A stretch of 63,947 nt of DNA, counting the filler, from Ministeria vibrans ATCC 50519 (Eukaryota > Protista > Filasterea), in assembly GCA_943704425.1 (NCBI GenBank). It is 7 parts of 7 records of this genome, joined end to end, with 100 filler letters (N's around TTAATTAATTAA, not from the genome) between each part and the next. Parts side by side here need not be neighbours in the genome. Positions count along the whole stretch, not along the records: positions 23,340 to 26,709 come from CALSCP010001754.1; positions 26,810 to 32,903 come from CALSCP010002100.1; positions 33,004 to 50,130 come from CALSCP010001959.1; 4 more parts are not named here. One strand, 5' to 3'. This document shows positions 24,483 to 37,544 of this stretch, one piece after another (position 1 is the stretch's first letter; every line of letters starts with the position of its first letter). The notes below the pieces were generated by a model. It made no database searches, was not told the origin of the DNA, and saw only the letters and a list, made by a program, of their open reading frames with translations. The translations under genes were made by a program, and so were the position numbers.

Positions 24483-24805
24483 TGAAAACAAGACAGAAGA
24501 AAGTGAACTTTGAAGTGATATTGAACTCATTGTTTCACTATCTCGAGTGGTCGTTAGTCCGTGCTCCTAGTGACTAGGGAGTGAGTTACTAAGTGTCCCA
24601 CTTAGTCTAGTCTTTACGGAGTACGAAGGTGGTACGAAGGGGCTAAATACTCCACACATACTCCACTTGGATCCGCAGGCAGAAACACCGCTCTTCACAG
24701 TTCGACTTATTTATTTCAACTTTTTAATGTCTGTTTGACGCCGTCTCCTTTTCTCACGGGGACGTCTTCTAACTTCTTCCGCTCGGTTCCCTGCGCGTGA
24801 CTGCC

Positions 24806-25874
24806 ATGGCGTTCCTTTACTCGGAGCAAACTTGTTATCTCAAAAAAATTGCAGACCTAGTGAAAAAAAGCGGAGGTGCATACCAGCGCACGAGCATAAA
24901 CGAGCTTTTCTTTGACGTAAGATATCAGCCACGGTGAATTGGTGAACTCAGCTACAGACACATTAAAAAAAAAGAAAAAAAAAAGAAGAAAAAAAAAATG
25001 AACTTGTCGTTCACCTGTCGAATGTCGTACTGCTCGCCCCGCCTCGCTATCGATGCATTTGATGGTGTCATGTTACTCATGTAATAGCGATGGCTCTCAG
25101 TGTACCTTCCCATTCAACAAATCAGCCAAACGAGCACGGCAATTGCTCAAACCCTATAAAAAAAAAAAAAGAAAAAAAATTTTGCGCGAATTGAATGACG
25201 CCACCCAGCCACCTTTTTAATTTTACGATTTGCGGTTCTATTTTCAGAAAATTGTCCAGATGTACCAGATCAATGAGCTCTTCCCCTACGTACTCGCGCG
25301 CGCCGTCCTCTCGGAAACGTATATGGAGAGGGTTTTGAATCGCCGCACGACAGCCAGGGTCGTTGTGTATGCTTTGCTCGGAGCAGCGACGTCTTGTTGG
25401 ATCATTCAGCCTGAGCGCCCTGATGCGGTAACCAGAGCCTTTGGCGCCTTCGTCGACTACGGGGTGCTCGCGGTGAACGAACAAGGATATGAGTGCTCTA
25501 CATGCCGTTCGGATCTGCCTCCAAACACCGATATCGACAAACGGCGTGTCATCTTCGAGCATCTGATGGGATGCCTGCCTGACATCCTCTCGTGCGCCCC
25601 GAACCTCTCTCACGAAGAAATGGCCGCTTATTGCTCTGGTGACCCACTTTCAGTTCTGGGATATATCAGCGAGGGTGAGTTCGAAGGCCCTCTCGAGCGG
25701 ATGAACGGCGAAAGTACAGAAGGCCTTCTCGACGTGGACATGTACGACCCTGCTGTACCCTCTGACGATCTTATTGGACATCAGGCGGCGGTGAAGGAGA
25801 TCCCACTGTGTCTGCAGAGGGAGATGGACTCTTCATGTCGGGAGGCGGAGACGAAGGGAAAGGAGGGTTTGTGA
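24806..25874 (+). CDS. Hypothetical protein with possible C2HC zinc finger
   Basis: Exon 1 MAFLYSEQ..INELFFD, intron ~24917-25247, exon 2 contains YECSTC..FEHLMGC. Confidence 0.55.
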
Positions 25875-26605
25875 GAGAGAGTGTGTGTTGTGTTTGTGTG
25901 AATAAAGTTGCAAGGAAAATCAAAAAAAATCACTTTGTTTAGAGCTCGTTTATAGTCAGTTCTTTCATTTGGAAATGTCTTCTTCTTCTTCTTCTTCTTC
26001 TTCTTCTTCTTCTTCTTCTTCAGTTCTTTCATTTGTTCACAATTCGCTTTTTTGCTCATATAAATCTGTTTCTGCGACTTCTGTCCGGGCAGTAGTAAGA
26101 AGCGAGATTGGGGTCGAGACGTGTTTTGTCGTGTAAAATAATAGAATAGAATACATCCCATTCACATCCCATTATTATAAAAATAGAAGAAGAATACAAC
26201 CCATTTATTATAAGTTACCTCTAGAGTTTCGGTCGAGTAAATAAAATAAGAAGAAGAAGAATACAACCCATATTAATGATACAGTCACCAGGCGAAGACA
26301 CAGCCAGACCGCCTTGCAAACTCAACCGAAACTCTAGAGGTAACATGGGAGAACAGTGGCAGGTCAGAGTGCTGTGTCGTCGCTATCCAATAGAAGAAGA
26401 AATAAAATAATACCCAACTGCCAGAGAGTGACTGATGAATGACGCATAAGAAAAAAAATATCATTATTATTAATTTATAGAAGAATACAACCTATTTATT
26501 AATGATACACACAACCAGACCGCCTTATTATTATAAAATCACCAAACAACAAAAAAAAAAGTTAACAAAAATAATAAAAATATAACATTATTATACTCCG
26601 AAAAC

Positions 26606-26615
26606 AAAAAAAAAA
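26606..26615 (-). terminator. RNA polymerase III oligo-T terminator of the 5S gene
   Basis: A10 on the + strand directly after the 5S 3' end. Confidence 0.75.
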
Positions 26616-26709
26616 GGTGTGCGACACCCCCCGTTCACATCTGGTCTCCCACGATATTACTTGCGAAGGCTTGCACGAGCTTAACTTGAGTGTTCGGAAG
26701 AGAACTCGT
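26616..26709 (-). rRNA. 5S rRNA gene, 5'-truncated by contig end
   Basis: Minus strand reads ..CCGAACACTCAAGTTAAGC..GCAAGTAATATCGTGGGAGACC..GTGAAC..GTGTCGCACACC followed by a T-run; matches the 5S landmarks CCGAAC, AGTTAAGC (box A) and TGGGAGACC (box C). Confidence 0.85.
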
Positions 26710-26809
26710 NNNNNNNNNNNNNNNNNNNNNNNNNNNNNNNNNNNNNNNNNNNNTTAATTAATTAANNNNNNNNNNNNNNNNNNNNNNNNNNNNNNNNNNN
26801 NNNNNNNNN
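26710..26809. other. Artificial contig linker
   Basis: N44-TTAATTAATTAA-N44. Confidence 0.98.
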
Positions 26810-26894
26810 TTGTTTCTCTCTCTATCACATTGTTTCTCTCTCTATCACTTTGTTTCTCTCTCTATCACTTTGTTTCTCTCTCTATCACTTTGTT

Positions 26895-26988
<94 letters not shown>
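26810..26988. repeat. 20-bp minisatellite (TTGTTTCTCTCTCTATCACT) x~4.5 followed by (CT)n
   Basis: Read directly from sequence. Confidence 0.92.
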
Positions 26989-26992
<4 letters not shown>

Positions 26993-26994
26993 GT

Positions 26995-27109
26995 TCGTAC
27001 CATATGGCTCTCAGTGATTTCGACAGAGTCGCAGTGGCGCAGTTCGGGAAGGACAACTTCAACCAAATTCCAATTGTCGTGAATGCTCAATCTCTACATC
27101 CAGCGATAC

Positions 27110-27154
<45 letters not shown>

Positions 27155-28632
27155 GATTCATTGCACATGATTTTTTCTTGATACCAATTCGACCCTGTCG
27201 AGGACAGGAAAGGAAACATTCCGCAGGTTGGAGTTTGATTGGATGGTGAGTGCGTTGACGCGATTGAGCGCTGGAAATTCAATCTGACAAATTATTGGTG
27301 TGAGCGTTTTTGTTTGTGGGTGTGTGCGGTCTCTTAAAACGTTTCCACGCCCTTTTCAATGTACCTGACGCAAATTAGGACAGTTTGTGATGGAGAGGGC
27401 TCCTTGGACAACTTCCAAGCGAGAGAAGACAATTCTCGTGACGTTGGGAAGAGCGTCAATGGTCAGCTGACCTGCAATGGTGACCACTGAGTCCACCGAG
27501 AAGGTCTCCAAGTCCGCGAATCCTGTACCGCCACCCCCTGTACTACTACTGTTATTGTTGTTGTTCCCACTGCTTGAAGATGGGCTTGATTGTTGTGCTG
27601 ATGTGATCAATAAACCACCAACCCTAAAACAATAATTATTCATAATAATATCAAAAGTAATAATAAATTAAGCAAGTCAAGTTAAGATTCTGGTGGGTCG
27701 ATCTTACTCTTGGCACTGGTTGTGGTCAAATTGAGCTTGAGACGAAACATTAAACTCGGCTGTGCAGGGATCAATGGCATTGGTATTGTTCTGGGCGGCC
27801 ATGTGGAGGAGCACGACCACCAGTGCGACGCAGCAGGCGAGCAGCAGCAAGAGGAGCGCACCGCAGAGGCGGAGCTGGCGGCGCGACGCACCCGTCTTGT
27901 ACGTGAACGCATCCTCCAGGTTGCGGATGCGATCTGCAAGCGTCTTCTTCTCCTCGTCCTCCTCCATTTCCGCCTTGTCGCCCACTGTGAAGAGGGAACG
28001 ACCGAAATCCGTGTAAGTTCACGTCATCGCAACAGCGACAGCCGCGTCTTACTGTTGTTTCCAAAGCGCAGGAAGCTCGCATGTTCAGTGGCGTGGCGTT
28101 GGTCAAGGGCAGCTACAAAATGCTGCCGCCACGCCGAGTGGAGCGAAAGTGGTTTTTGCTGTCAAAGTGAACAGGAAGTTTTTTTGGAATTAGAAAAACG
28201 AATGGTGGTGAGAACGGACAGAATAAGAGCATGAACACAGAGCATGCGACTCGCAGCGGGCGCGGAATGACTACGATCGGCAAAGAGGAGGCCAATGGGC
28301 AACACGCGCAGGGCAATGGAAACACGGCGGGGGCGCAAGGGGGAAAAGAGGGCTTGCTAGCACAGCATCTGTGGCGAAGTAATGATAAAGGCACTCACTG
28401 AGGTCTCTTCGTGCTGATGTGGGCCCGGCCAGAAACGGTAAAACCTGGAATGGGTGGGTTGGCGCTTGATGCCAAGGCGAAGCGACTCGTTGGCCTGCTC
28501 GTGGGCGGGTGCCGTGTCGAAGGCGCGACTGTCCTTTGTGGTGCCAAGTGCGCCCGGCATCGACACCAGCGACCAGTCCTGCGTGACAGACGTCGAGCCT
28601 GATGACCCAGCGTAGTCACTGCCTTCCCGCAT
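26995..28632 (-). CDS. Type II membrane protein with extracellular receptor-L-domain/Ecm33-like leucine-rich repeats; 3'-truncated
   Basis: Exons 28632-28400, ~28159-28052 and 27984-27709 join in frame; TM LCGALLLLLLACCVALVVVLL; repeats IAGQLTIDALPNVTRIVFSRLEVVQGALSITNCPNL, IEFPALNRV, VSFPVLDRV, VVLPELRHC. Confidence 0.7.
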
Positions 28633-28937
28633 ATACACGTTTGAAGAAAATAATGTGAAAATATATAAGATTTGAGACTCCATTCCGACAGCCTCCTCCA
28701 TACCACGTGAAAGCCTAGAGAAGACAAAGGACACTCGAACAGCCGATGGGCACGTTTGGCAAAGAATTCACTCTTGATTACTGCATGTCAACAACAGACA
28801 TACTTGTGAGTTGTGACGGGACTTGTAGCAACAAAATACAACGGTACCACCGAGTACACTACTATGATACAAAACCATACACCTCAAAGAGCGGCCCCCA
28901 AAACAAGCAGGGAGAGCAGTCAAGTCGAGTCGACTGC

Positions 28938-29613
<676 letters not shown>

Positions 29614-29786
29614 GCCACCGGAAAATACTAAAATTAATAATAAATTTTTGTAATTTATTCACTTTTCAGTTTTCCCTATGTCGTAATGAGTTCACAATGA
29701 GTTATTTCCATTGGAGTTTGAACATTTTCCATTTTTCGGTTTTCCATTTTTTTATATATCTTACGCTATTTCACATCGTACGATCT

Positions 29787-30306
29787 ATGTCGAGCGCCTC
29801 GGCTGCCGCTGCTTCCGCCACACGAACGTCGCGTCAGGTAATCAAACTGAGTTCACTTTCTCGAGTGAATTGCTCACGAATTACTCGTTTCACAGCGTCC
29901 GTTTGACAACACCCGCTGGTCCAAGAGCTTGAGTCAGATTCTACGACATGGCGCGCACGATGCAGGTTAGGGGGAGTGGCGACCTTTTTTTTTTATGTGT
30001 GTGTTTTGTGTTGTGATGCAAAGAAGACGTAATCGTGTTATGTAATCAACAATTGATCGTGTTGTATGCAGGAATCCCAATCACAACGGACGGCTACGTC
30101 TACGTCGACGACATCTTGAGCCACCCCCGCTTCCGCGGTCTCACCGAAGCGACGGTGCGCACCATTGTGGCCGACTGTCGCAAACAGCGATTCGCCTTAC
30201 TCAACCGCGATGGTCGATTGGTGATCAAAGCGAACCAGGGCCACTCTCTCCAGGTTCTGACACACACACATGCACATATAGACAGACACACGCATGTACA
30301 CTATGT

Positions 30307-30367
<61 letters not shown>

Positions 30368-30711
30368 GATGGTTCTGGTTTCAGATTGACGACAAGACCC
30401 TGACGCCCGTCACTCTTGCCGACGTCGACCAGTACCCGACAGTAGTGCACGGCACGACACGCGAAGCCTTAGCACTCATTCGCACATCGGGCTTGCAACG
30501 CATGGGCCGTCTCCACATCCACATGGCAGTGGGTCTGCCGGGCGGCACCGGCGTCATCTCGGGCATGCGCTTCCGATGTGCCGTCCACATCTACGTTGAT
30601 CTCCCGCGTGCACTCGCCGCTGGAATTCCCTTCTTCATCTCTCTCAATCGTGTCATTCTCTCTCCCGGCCCCATTCCTCCCGAGTTTTTTGCTCGCGTCG
30701 ACGAGACATAA
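29787..30711 (+). CDS. TPT1: tRNA 2'-phosphotransferase (Tpt1/TRPT1/KptA)
   Basis: SKSLSQILRHGA, DGYV, KQRF, IKANQGHS, VHGT, MGRLHIH, ISGMR, SLNRVILSPG; 4 exons. Confidence 0.95.
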
Positions 30712-30773
30712 GAGAGACGGAAGGAAGCTGAAAAAAGAAGTGTAAATTGCTATATGAGTTGTACAAATTTGAA

Positions 30774-32234
30774 TCATTTCGTGATGGAGCGTGGTTGTCT
30801 GAGGGCAGAGGAGGTTGAAGTGGTGGCAGAGCGTGGCGAGGCACTGGACGGTGTGGAAGGAAGGCGACGGGGCGCTGGGATGCCCGAGGCAAAGCCAGGG
30901 GCGCGCATGGTGCGTTTTTTGATAGGGTTAGGGTTAGGGTTAGGGCTGGCGTTTGCGTTTCGGGTAGGAGTGCCGTTGTCGGATGAAAGGGGCGCTGAGG
31001 TTGTGTCGTCTGGTAGAGTGTCGTTGTCGCTGACGGTGGCGAGCGACGGCGCCTTGCGCGAGGGTGCAGTGGTTGCCTCCACAACGCCGCCCTCGGAGCC
31101 GCGGCGGATCCAGCCCGTCTCGGGCAGTGCAACCGTTTCGGCTGTGCTTGTCGTTGTGACGGCAATCTCTTTGGTCGCCTGTTCGTCGACGGAACTGTCG
31201 AGAAAGTGCGAAAGCTCCGTAGACTGTTTAAGGCGTTCGGTGCGTTTGCTGGGCGACGCACGAGTGGGAGAGGAGACGCGTGGAGGAGACGAAGCGGATG
31301 GAAGGGCAGTGGGGGAGGCAGTGGAGGAGCGACGGACTGGTGAGGAAGTTGCAGACCGCGACGATCCCTTGCTTGCGGTGGTGCTGGTATGTGTTGTCGC
31401 TGTTGCTGCTCGCGGTGCCTTGTCGATCTTTTTGAACATCGCCATGGGTTTTTTGGGTCGCGTTCGTGTTGGCACAGGTGCTACAATGGATTTCACGGCT
31501 GGAACGGCCGTTTGAGGAGGTTCTGATGCTACTACTGCAGGTGCTGTTGGGGGCGGAGAGATGGTTTCAGTGGCAGCTGCAGTAGCGTCAGTGGCAGTTT
31601 CAGTCGGTTCAGTGGCAGTTGCAGTAGCGTCAATGGCGGAAGCAGTTGCTGTAGCGTCAATGGCGGGAGCAGTTGCTGTAGTGACGGGAGCAGTTGCTGT
31701 AGCGACGGGATCAGTCGCTGCAGTGGCTGTCAACTCGCTTCCTTCTGCTTCGTCTTCGTCTTCGTCTTCTTCGTTGGCAAACAACTGGCGACGAACGTCG
31801 GCGGGCGGCGGTGCGTTAAATTCAACCAACTGAGCATCAGCCTTGGGGGTGGCAGCGAGAGCCGCGCGGAAGCCGCTGCTGACCCTCCGAGCGGCGGCAA
31901 CATTCAACACAGGCACGTAGTCGTCGACGCCGCCAGACGCGCTTGCTGCCGCCGCAACCGTGTCCGACGCAAGCCAATTGAGAACATCAGCTTCTTCGCT
32001 GCCGTCCCGGCCGTCGTCGTCGGCCAACGGACGTCCAGAAGGCAAACGCTTCGACGGCGAAAGCCTATTGGAAATATTAGTATCCTTCAAAAAAAGACCC
32101 AAAAAATCAAGAGGTCATAAATTATACCAAGAGTCTGTTGTTCCATCGACAATGTCCCATTCATCGCCTTTTAGTACAGGCGAGTCGTCGTGGGCAAGTT
32201 CGCGGAGGATCTCAGCGCGTCCAAGGGTCGTCAT
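30774..32234 (-). CDS. Low-complexity Ala/Thr/Ser/Pro-rich hypothetical protein
   Basis: Exon 1 from ATG 32234 spliced (TG|gtataat..ccaatag|G) into the 442-codon ORF; internal TATA(P/S)AIDA repeats. Confidence 0.65.
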
Positions 32235-32464
32235 GGTGCAAGAAGAGAGAGTGATGAATATGACTGTGTGAATAAGTTATCAGACTGACTGATGGGTTCA
32301 GATGAAAATTGAAACTTGAAAGTTTTACGGCGTTGGTCAAGGCGGTCGTAAAAAAAGCTTGGTTTCACTGATTTAAGATATTATGTGCCTGTAATAGTAA
32401 GTGGGCAACCTGATTATTGAAAAAGAAAGGATAAGAAGAATAAAAAAAAGTTGTATTCACATTG

Positions 32465-32718
32465 TCAGAGCTCAGAGAAAAGAACAATAACAATAATGAG
32501 AGTGATAATCAAAATACAGATACAGCACGTCTGCTTCTTGTCTACAGAAAACGAAACACGCACACACACAGAAAGAGAGATAACGTGTCAGTGAGTGAAA
32601 GAGAACGGGGTCAAAGATTTTACCTTTTGAGAGCTCGAGTACTCTGTCGACCTTTTTGATAGCGGCGGTGAGTCGCGACTGAGTGTTCTCCACAGCCGAG
32701 TCAAGATCGTCTAACAAT
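32465..32718 (-). CDS. Qc-SNARE (syntaxin-6/Tlg1/SYP61-like), last two exons
   Basis: LLDDLDSAVENTQSRL..KKVDRVL-SKDKKQTCCICILIITLIIVIVLF: end of SNARE motif plus tail anchor. Confidence 0.8.
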
Positions 32719-32801
32719 CTGCACCCACAAGACCAAAAAAACCCCCGTCAATCAAACCACACACACAAGTCTCCCTCTCACTCTCACACACACAGACACA
32801 C

Positions 32802-32903
<102 letters not shown>

Positions 32904-33003
32904 NNNNNNNNNNNNNNNNNNNNNNNNNNNNNNNNNNNNNNNNNNNNTTAATTAATTAANNNNNNNNNNNNNNNNNNNNNNNNNNNNNNNNNNNNNNNNN
33001 NNN
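32904..33003. other. Artificial contig linker
   Basis: N44-TTAATTAATTAA-N44. Confidence 0.98.
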
Positions 33004-33690
33004 CATCCACGGAGTGTGTTCCGTGTGAACTGTGTGCTTTGCAAGAAGGATGTGTCTCCCATTAAATTCAAGGCGCATTTAATTCGGTATCACCCTCTGC
33101 AGTTTCCTTCTGGTGTTGGCGACTGGCTGAGTGTGTACTCTTCTCATGTGCGAGTGGAACTGGAGCAGAGGGGCGACCCGCATGAGAATATTGAACGTGA
33201 GATGGGACTGTTGCGGGTCTTTGAACGTGCTCCTTCGCCTTTCCAGGAGTGGCTGCTGCAGGCAGAGAGAGTGCGTGGCAGAGTGGACGAGACTGATCTT
33301 GATGTGGCCTTTGAGCGTTGTGCCGATGGTCGATTCAAATGTCGGATGGAACGACCCGTGTTGGGAGTGCAGTGTAATACGGCGCCATTTGCAAAGGGGA
33401 GCATAGGCACACACTTTGCAGCGTATCATCTTCTGAGTGTGCATCGCACAAAGTGTGTCATTTGTGGCCAATCTCTGAGTCAGGCAAATACTCTCCCTCG
33501 CCACCTTCGTCGATGTCACAGTGATCTATTCGCGTCGGAGGAAAGTCAATGGCGATCTGTGTACGAGAAGGCAGTGCGGAGTGCCTTGGAGAGAGACGGA
33601 GTGGAGGGGAGTGAGATTGAGAGTGAGTTGATGATGTTGTATGAGCATGAGAAAGTGCCCGCTCAATTTCGCCACTGGGTCGCACAATAA
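33004..33690 (+). CDS. C2H2 zinc-finger repeat protein, 5'-truncated
   Basis: CVLC..HLIRYH, CRM..C..HFAAYH, CVIC..HLRRCH. Confidence 0.7.
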   Translation, partial: HPRSVFRVNCVLCKKDVSPIKFKAHLIRYHPLQFPSGVGDWLSVYSSHVRVELEQRGDPHENIEREMGLLRVFERAPSPFQEWLLQAERVRGRVDETDLDVAFERCADGRFKCRMERPVLGVQCNTAPFAKGSIGTHFAAYHLLSVHRTKCVICGQSLSQANTLPRHLRRCHSDLFASEESQWRSVYEKAVRSALERDGVEGSEIESELMMLYEHEKVPAQFRHWVAQ

Positions 33691-33830
33691 ACGCAGTATT
33701 TCTTCTTTAAGAGTGCCTTATTTTTTCCTGTACGCTGATAATTCAAAACATATGCTCCCAAATCAACCACAACAAATCTGTATTAAAAACTGAACCTCAC
33801 ACACAAAAAAATGAAATTTCCTGTTCTTTC

Positions 33831-36800
33831 TTACACAGCAGTGCCTGTGCTTTTCTTTCCCAAACGATCAGCAATATCAAACTGCTGCGTGATTGCTACG
33901 CACTTTGTAAAATGCTCGTGCGACACCGGAACTCCCTGACTGGATGCGAGAGTCTACATAAACAAACATAGTTGGGTCAACATTCAAAGAGACAGTCTGT
34001 TTGTTTTTATCTCACCTGAGCGAGTCTGATTGTCGATTTGATCTGTCGTCCATTAAGACTGGTCTCAGCCAGTCGAGCAGGATCAAGACCAGTACATGAC
34101 AAACCGGCGGCTTCCAACAGATTCCCAAACACCTTAAAAGGAAAACAGCATCAGAATTGTGTATTTTTTATTCTTCTTTGCTGTACCTTTGCGCGTGCGC
34201 TTTGGTCAAGTTCATCGTACTCGAGTGCAACACTCACGCGACTATATTATTATAATTATAATGATTGTTATTATTTTTCTCACATTTTAGAGCTGTTTCT
34301 TTGTTTGTGTGTCGCTCTACCTTGAAAATGCTTTGTCAAAATCAGTCAGTCGATTGGTAGTGAGGAAGAGCACGCCAGAGAAGAACTCAGAGAGACGAAG
34401 GAAGACCGAAGTCATTGCGTTCTTTTCAATGTTGTCACCGCGCTCAGAGAGGAACCTAAAAACATTAACATAATTATGTTTTAATGCTCAACGTTCACAG
34501 ACACTGTCACAGAGAAACGCACGTTGCCAATTTACACAAACTGACACGCGCAACAAAATAAAATAGTAATGATATAACAATTATTATGTCTCATCAGTGT
34601 GCGCTTACACATCCGCTTCATCCACCAACAAAACTGCGTTCCACACTTCAGACAGGTCCAAAATGTTTGCCAGTTTCTCTTCCAACAGCGCTGGAGTGGT
34701 ACCCAAATCGCCAACAGAGACCTACATTTGTATAAGCAAGAAATTAGAAAAAAACTACAATCCAACTGCATTGCAGTGTTTTAGGATACTGTGTAGAGTG
34801 GACGACGCAGAAGATCCGCAATTGCCTCGGCAGTCAGTGTTTTTCCAGTTCCTATACAAAATTCATCAGTTTTTCTTCTCTTCTCTTTCCTTTCCCCTCA
34901 CTCTCAGTCCCACAATCTCTTTCACACACACACACACACACACATCCTCATCCTGTGTCTCTTTTTTTTCTTAATTATTATTCATCCGCAATCGAAAGAT
35001 AAATAATTATATGTTTCATCATACCTGGTGGTCCATGCAGCAGAATAATACATCCCGCTCCCTTTCCCTTGATCACATCCGTAAATGCTGCTCCATGATG
35101 CTCCACAAGAGCTAAAATCACAAAATATTATCAATTAGTGTCAAGATACAACAACCTTTCTAACAAACTAATTAACAATAATTTACCTTTCACAAGAGAT
35201 TTTTTCTCGGGGTCCATCACCAGCTGATCAAACGCACGCGAGTCAAAATCAATGTCCGAAATGGCCTCCACACGAAACTAATAATAAAAATGTTATTATT
35301 ATTATTAGTACTATTATATTAATAATTGCAAAAAAGATTACAACAGAAGTATAATGATGAATGGGCAAAAAGAAACACATGAAACACAAAAATCAAGGTA
35401 TTATCTCAACGAACCTGTCCCCAGCGCTTGTTCTTGAGTGAAAAGCCGTGAATGAAGGGCCAAGTGGTCGCAAGACGCTCTCGCGAAATCGTCATCAAAT
35501 TGCCCTGAGCAGGAACCTAGACGAAAAGAAACGAGTTTCAGGATGGATGACCACTATAACAATAATAATAAAAATACAATAATAATAATAAAATAATAAT
35601 AAAAATATTATAATAATAAAATAATAATATTATTAATTTTTTATTATTATGATTGTATTGTTGGTTGTTCTTACTGGGTTTCCATTCGAATCGTACATCT
35701 GATGTTGAGACGTTCCCACTGAGGAGAAATCCGATGAATTTGGGTTGACCCGCTTGAAGTTCTGCGGGTCGATCATGCACCGACCCTGTGCGGGAATTAG
35801 ACGGTGTGCGGAGTAGCCTGATGTCACAAGCATGTTTCCTATTCAGAAGAAAAGACATTGAAGGAGAAAAATAACACACTCAGTACACATTTCAAAAAAG
35901 ATTGGAAAAAACATGGGAAAAAACAAAAGAATAAACTAGTACCAGAGTATTGCTTGTAGTGAGCTCCCGTCGCAATCGTCTGGAAAATGCGCCCACGTTG
36001 AATCAGACGACGACGAATCGGCTTGCTATATATCAAAAAAAAGTCACAACAAGAAATTATTCCAATTATTCTTATTATTTATGTATTTTTACCTCATGAG
36101 CTGAACTTCGAGTGAGGAAATGTTCTGAACATCATCAAAACTGTAAATCCGAAACGACGTGTTGCAAATGTGGAGTTGCGATCCGTCAGATTTCACCACC
36201 TTTGAGTGAGCCAAACACAAAACAAAACATAACATGATGAGAAAAGTCGCGGGAAATACAATAACGTAATTTATTGTTATTATTGAATACCTCTCCTTCA
36301 ATGGTAAAGACAGAGCCAAAAGGACTGAAAGAGTATCCAACCTACTCAGATAAAATAAATCACCAAACAATGATATAATAAAATATAATATTTTTATTAT
36401 TATAATAATAATAAAAATAATTGTTATTATAATTATTATTATTACCTTTGAGATGCGACTGCCAACGGGCTCATTCTGCTCAAAGCCAACGACAAAGCGA
36501 CCGGGGGCAAAGAGCCACCAAAGGTACTCAAAGGAAATCTGTTTGTCATTGACAAGCGCCTTAATTTTGCGCTGTTCCGACTCAAACTGATGTTCAAGCT
36601 GATGGACCAACAAGAGCACTTCGGGAGTGTGCGAGTACTGGCGCAGCTGCTCCATGTACAGGTAGAGTGAGGACAGAGGGCAGCTGGGGTCTCGCTCGTA
36701 AAACAGTGCGCTGTTGGTAATGTTGCGCAGAGTCTATTAAAATAATAACAATAAAATAATAATAATAAAAAAATATGTTAATTATTGTCATTAATTTAAA

Positions 36801-37346
36801 AGGGTGCTTACATTTGCGAGTACTGGCGACTTTTTCGAGAGAATAGTGATCATTGTGATTGACGGCAGCTCTTCGTTGATAAAGTTCTTGCGCTTCTTGA
36901 GCCAAATCTAACGAAAAACAAACAAACCATGTCAGTCTTCTGTGGATCTTCTGTTGTCGCCCAAAACTCCGAATCGCCTTTGCCAGCTTTACAGTCGACG
37001 CATATACACATGTAGTTTTGAAACACACAAGCAATACCTTGAAAGGCGGGTTGCGGGGCTTTGCGCGCGCTGCAGGAATCTGCAGATCAATGGAGAGCTC
37101 GGCAAGATTGGTGCCGTCGCTGTAGAGCTCTTCGTCGCTGTCCGAGTCGAAGCCGTCGTCGTAGTCCTTCAGCGGCTTGGTCGGCATCGTCATCGCGGCG
37201 TCCACCTCGTCCATCTCGAGCATGCCCGTGGCCCTGCCGGCGCCCTGGTGGTCGTCCCGCACCAGCCGCGCCACCTGCGGGCCAGGGCGCGTCGAGCAGA
37301 TGATCGCCGGCTCCTCCTCTTCAACCGTGGAACAGCAGAAAGGCAT
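33831..37346 (-). CDS. AAA+ ATPase of the fungal/protist family with long N-terminal region (DUF7025-type), many exons
   Basis: Walker A LLHGPPGTGKTLTAE, Walker B VLLVDEADVF, sensor LFLTTNR, FDKAFSSRV; upstream ISFEYLWWLF, IHGFSLKNKRWG, FDQLVMD. Confidence 0.9.
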
Positions 37347-37544
37347 TGGTGTTGGTTTCTGGACGCGCGAGGTGCAGGGAGAAAGGAAAATAGAGAGAGA
37401 GAGAAAAAAAGAGTGTTTACTGGTTGAGTGATCGCTGAATAATTACTGACAACACATTTTGCTCGACCACAAACCCAAAAATAAGATCTCTTTCAATCTT
37501 TACCTTCTGTGCCGCTTGAACGCGTTCTGTTTGCGCCATACCGC

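Noticed and set aside
30923-30945. (TTAGGG)n telomere-like repeat
   Set aside because: Only about 4 units, inside a coding exon encoding SPNPNPNPI; not at a contig end.
32080-32088. Perfect U12 donor GTATCCTT on the + strand
   Set aside because: The gene here is on the minus strand, and this sequence is just the reverse complement of part of its intron near the branch-point region.
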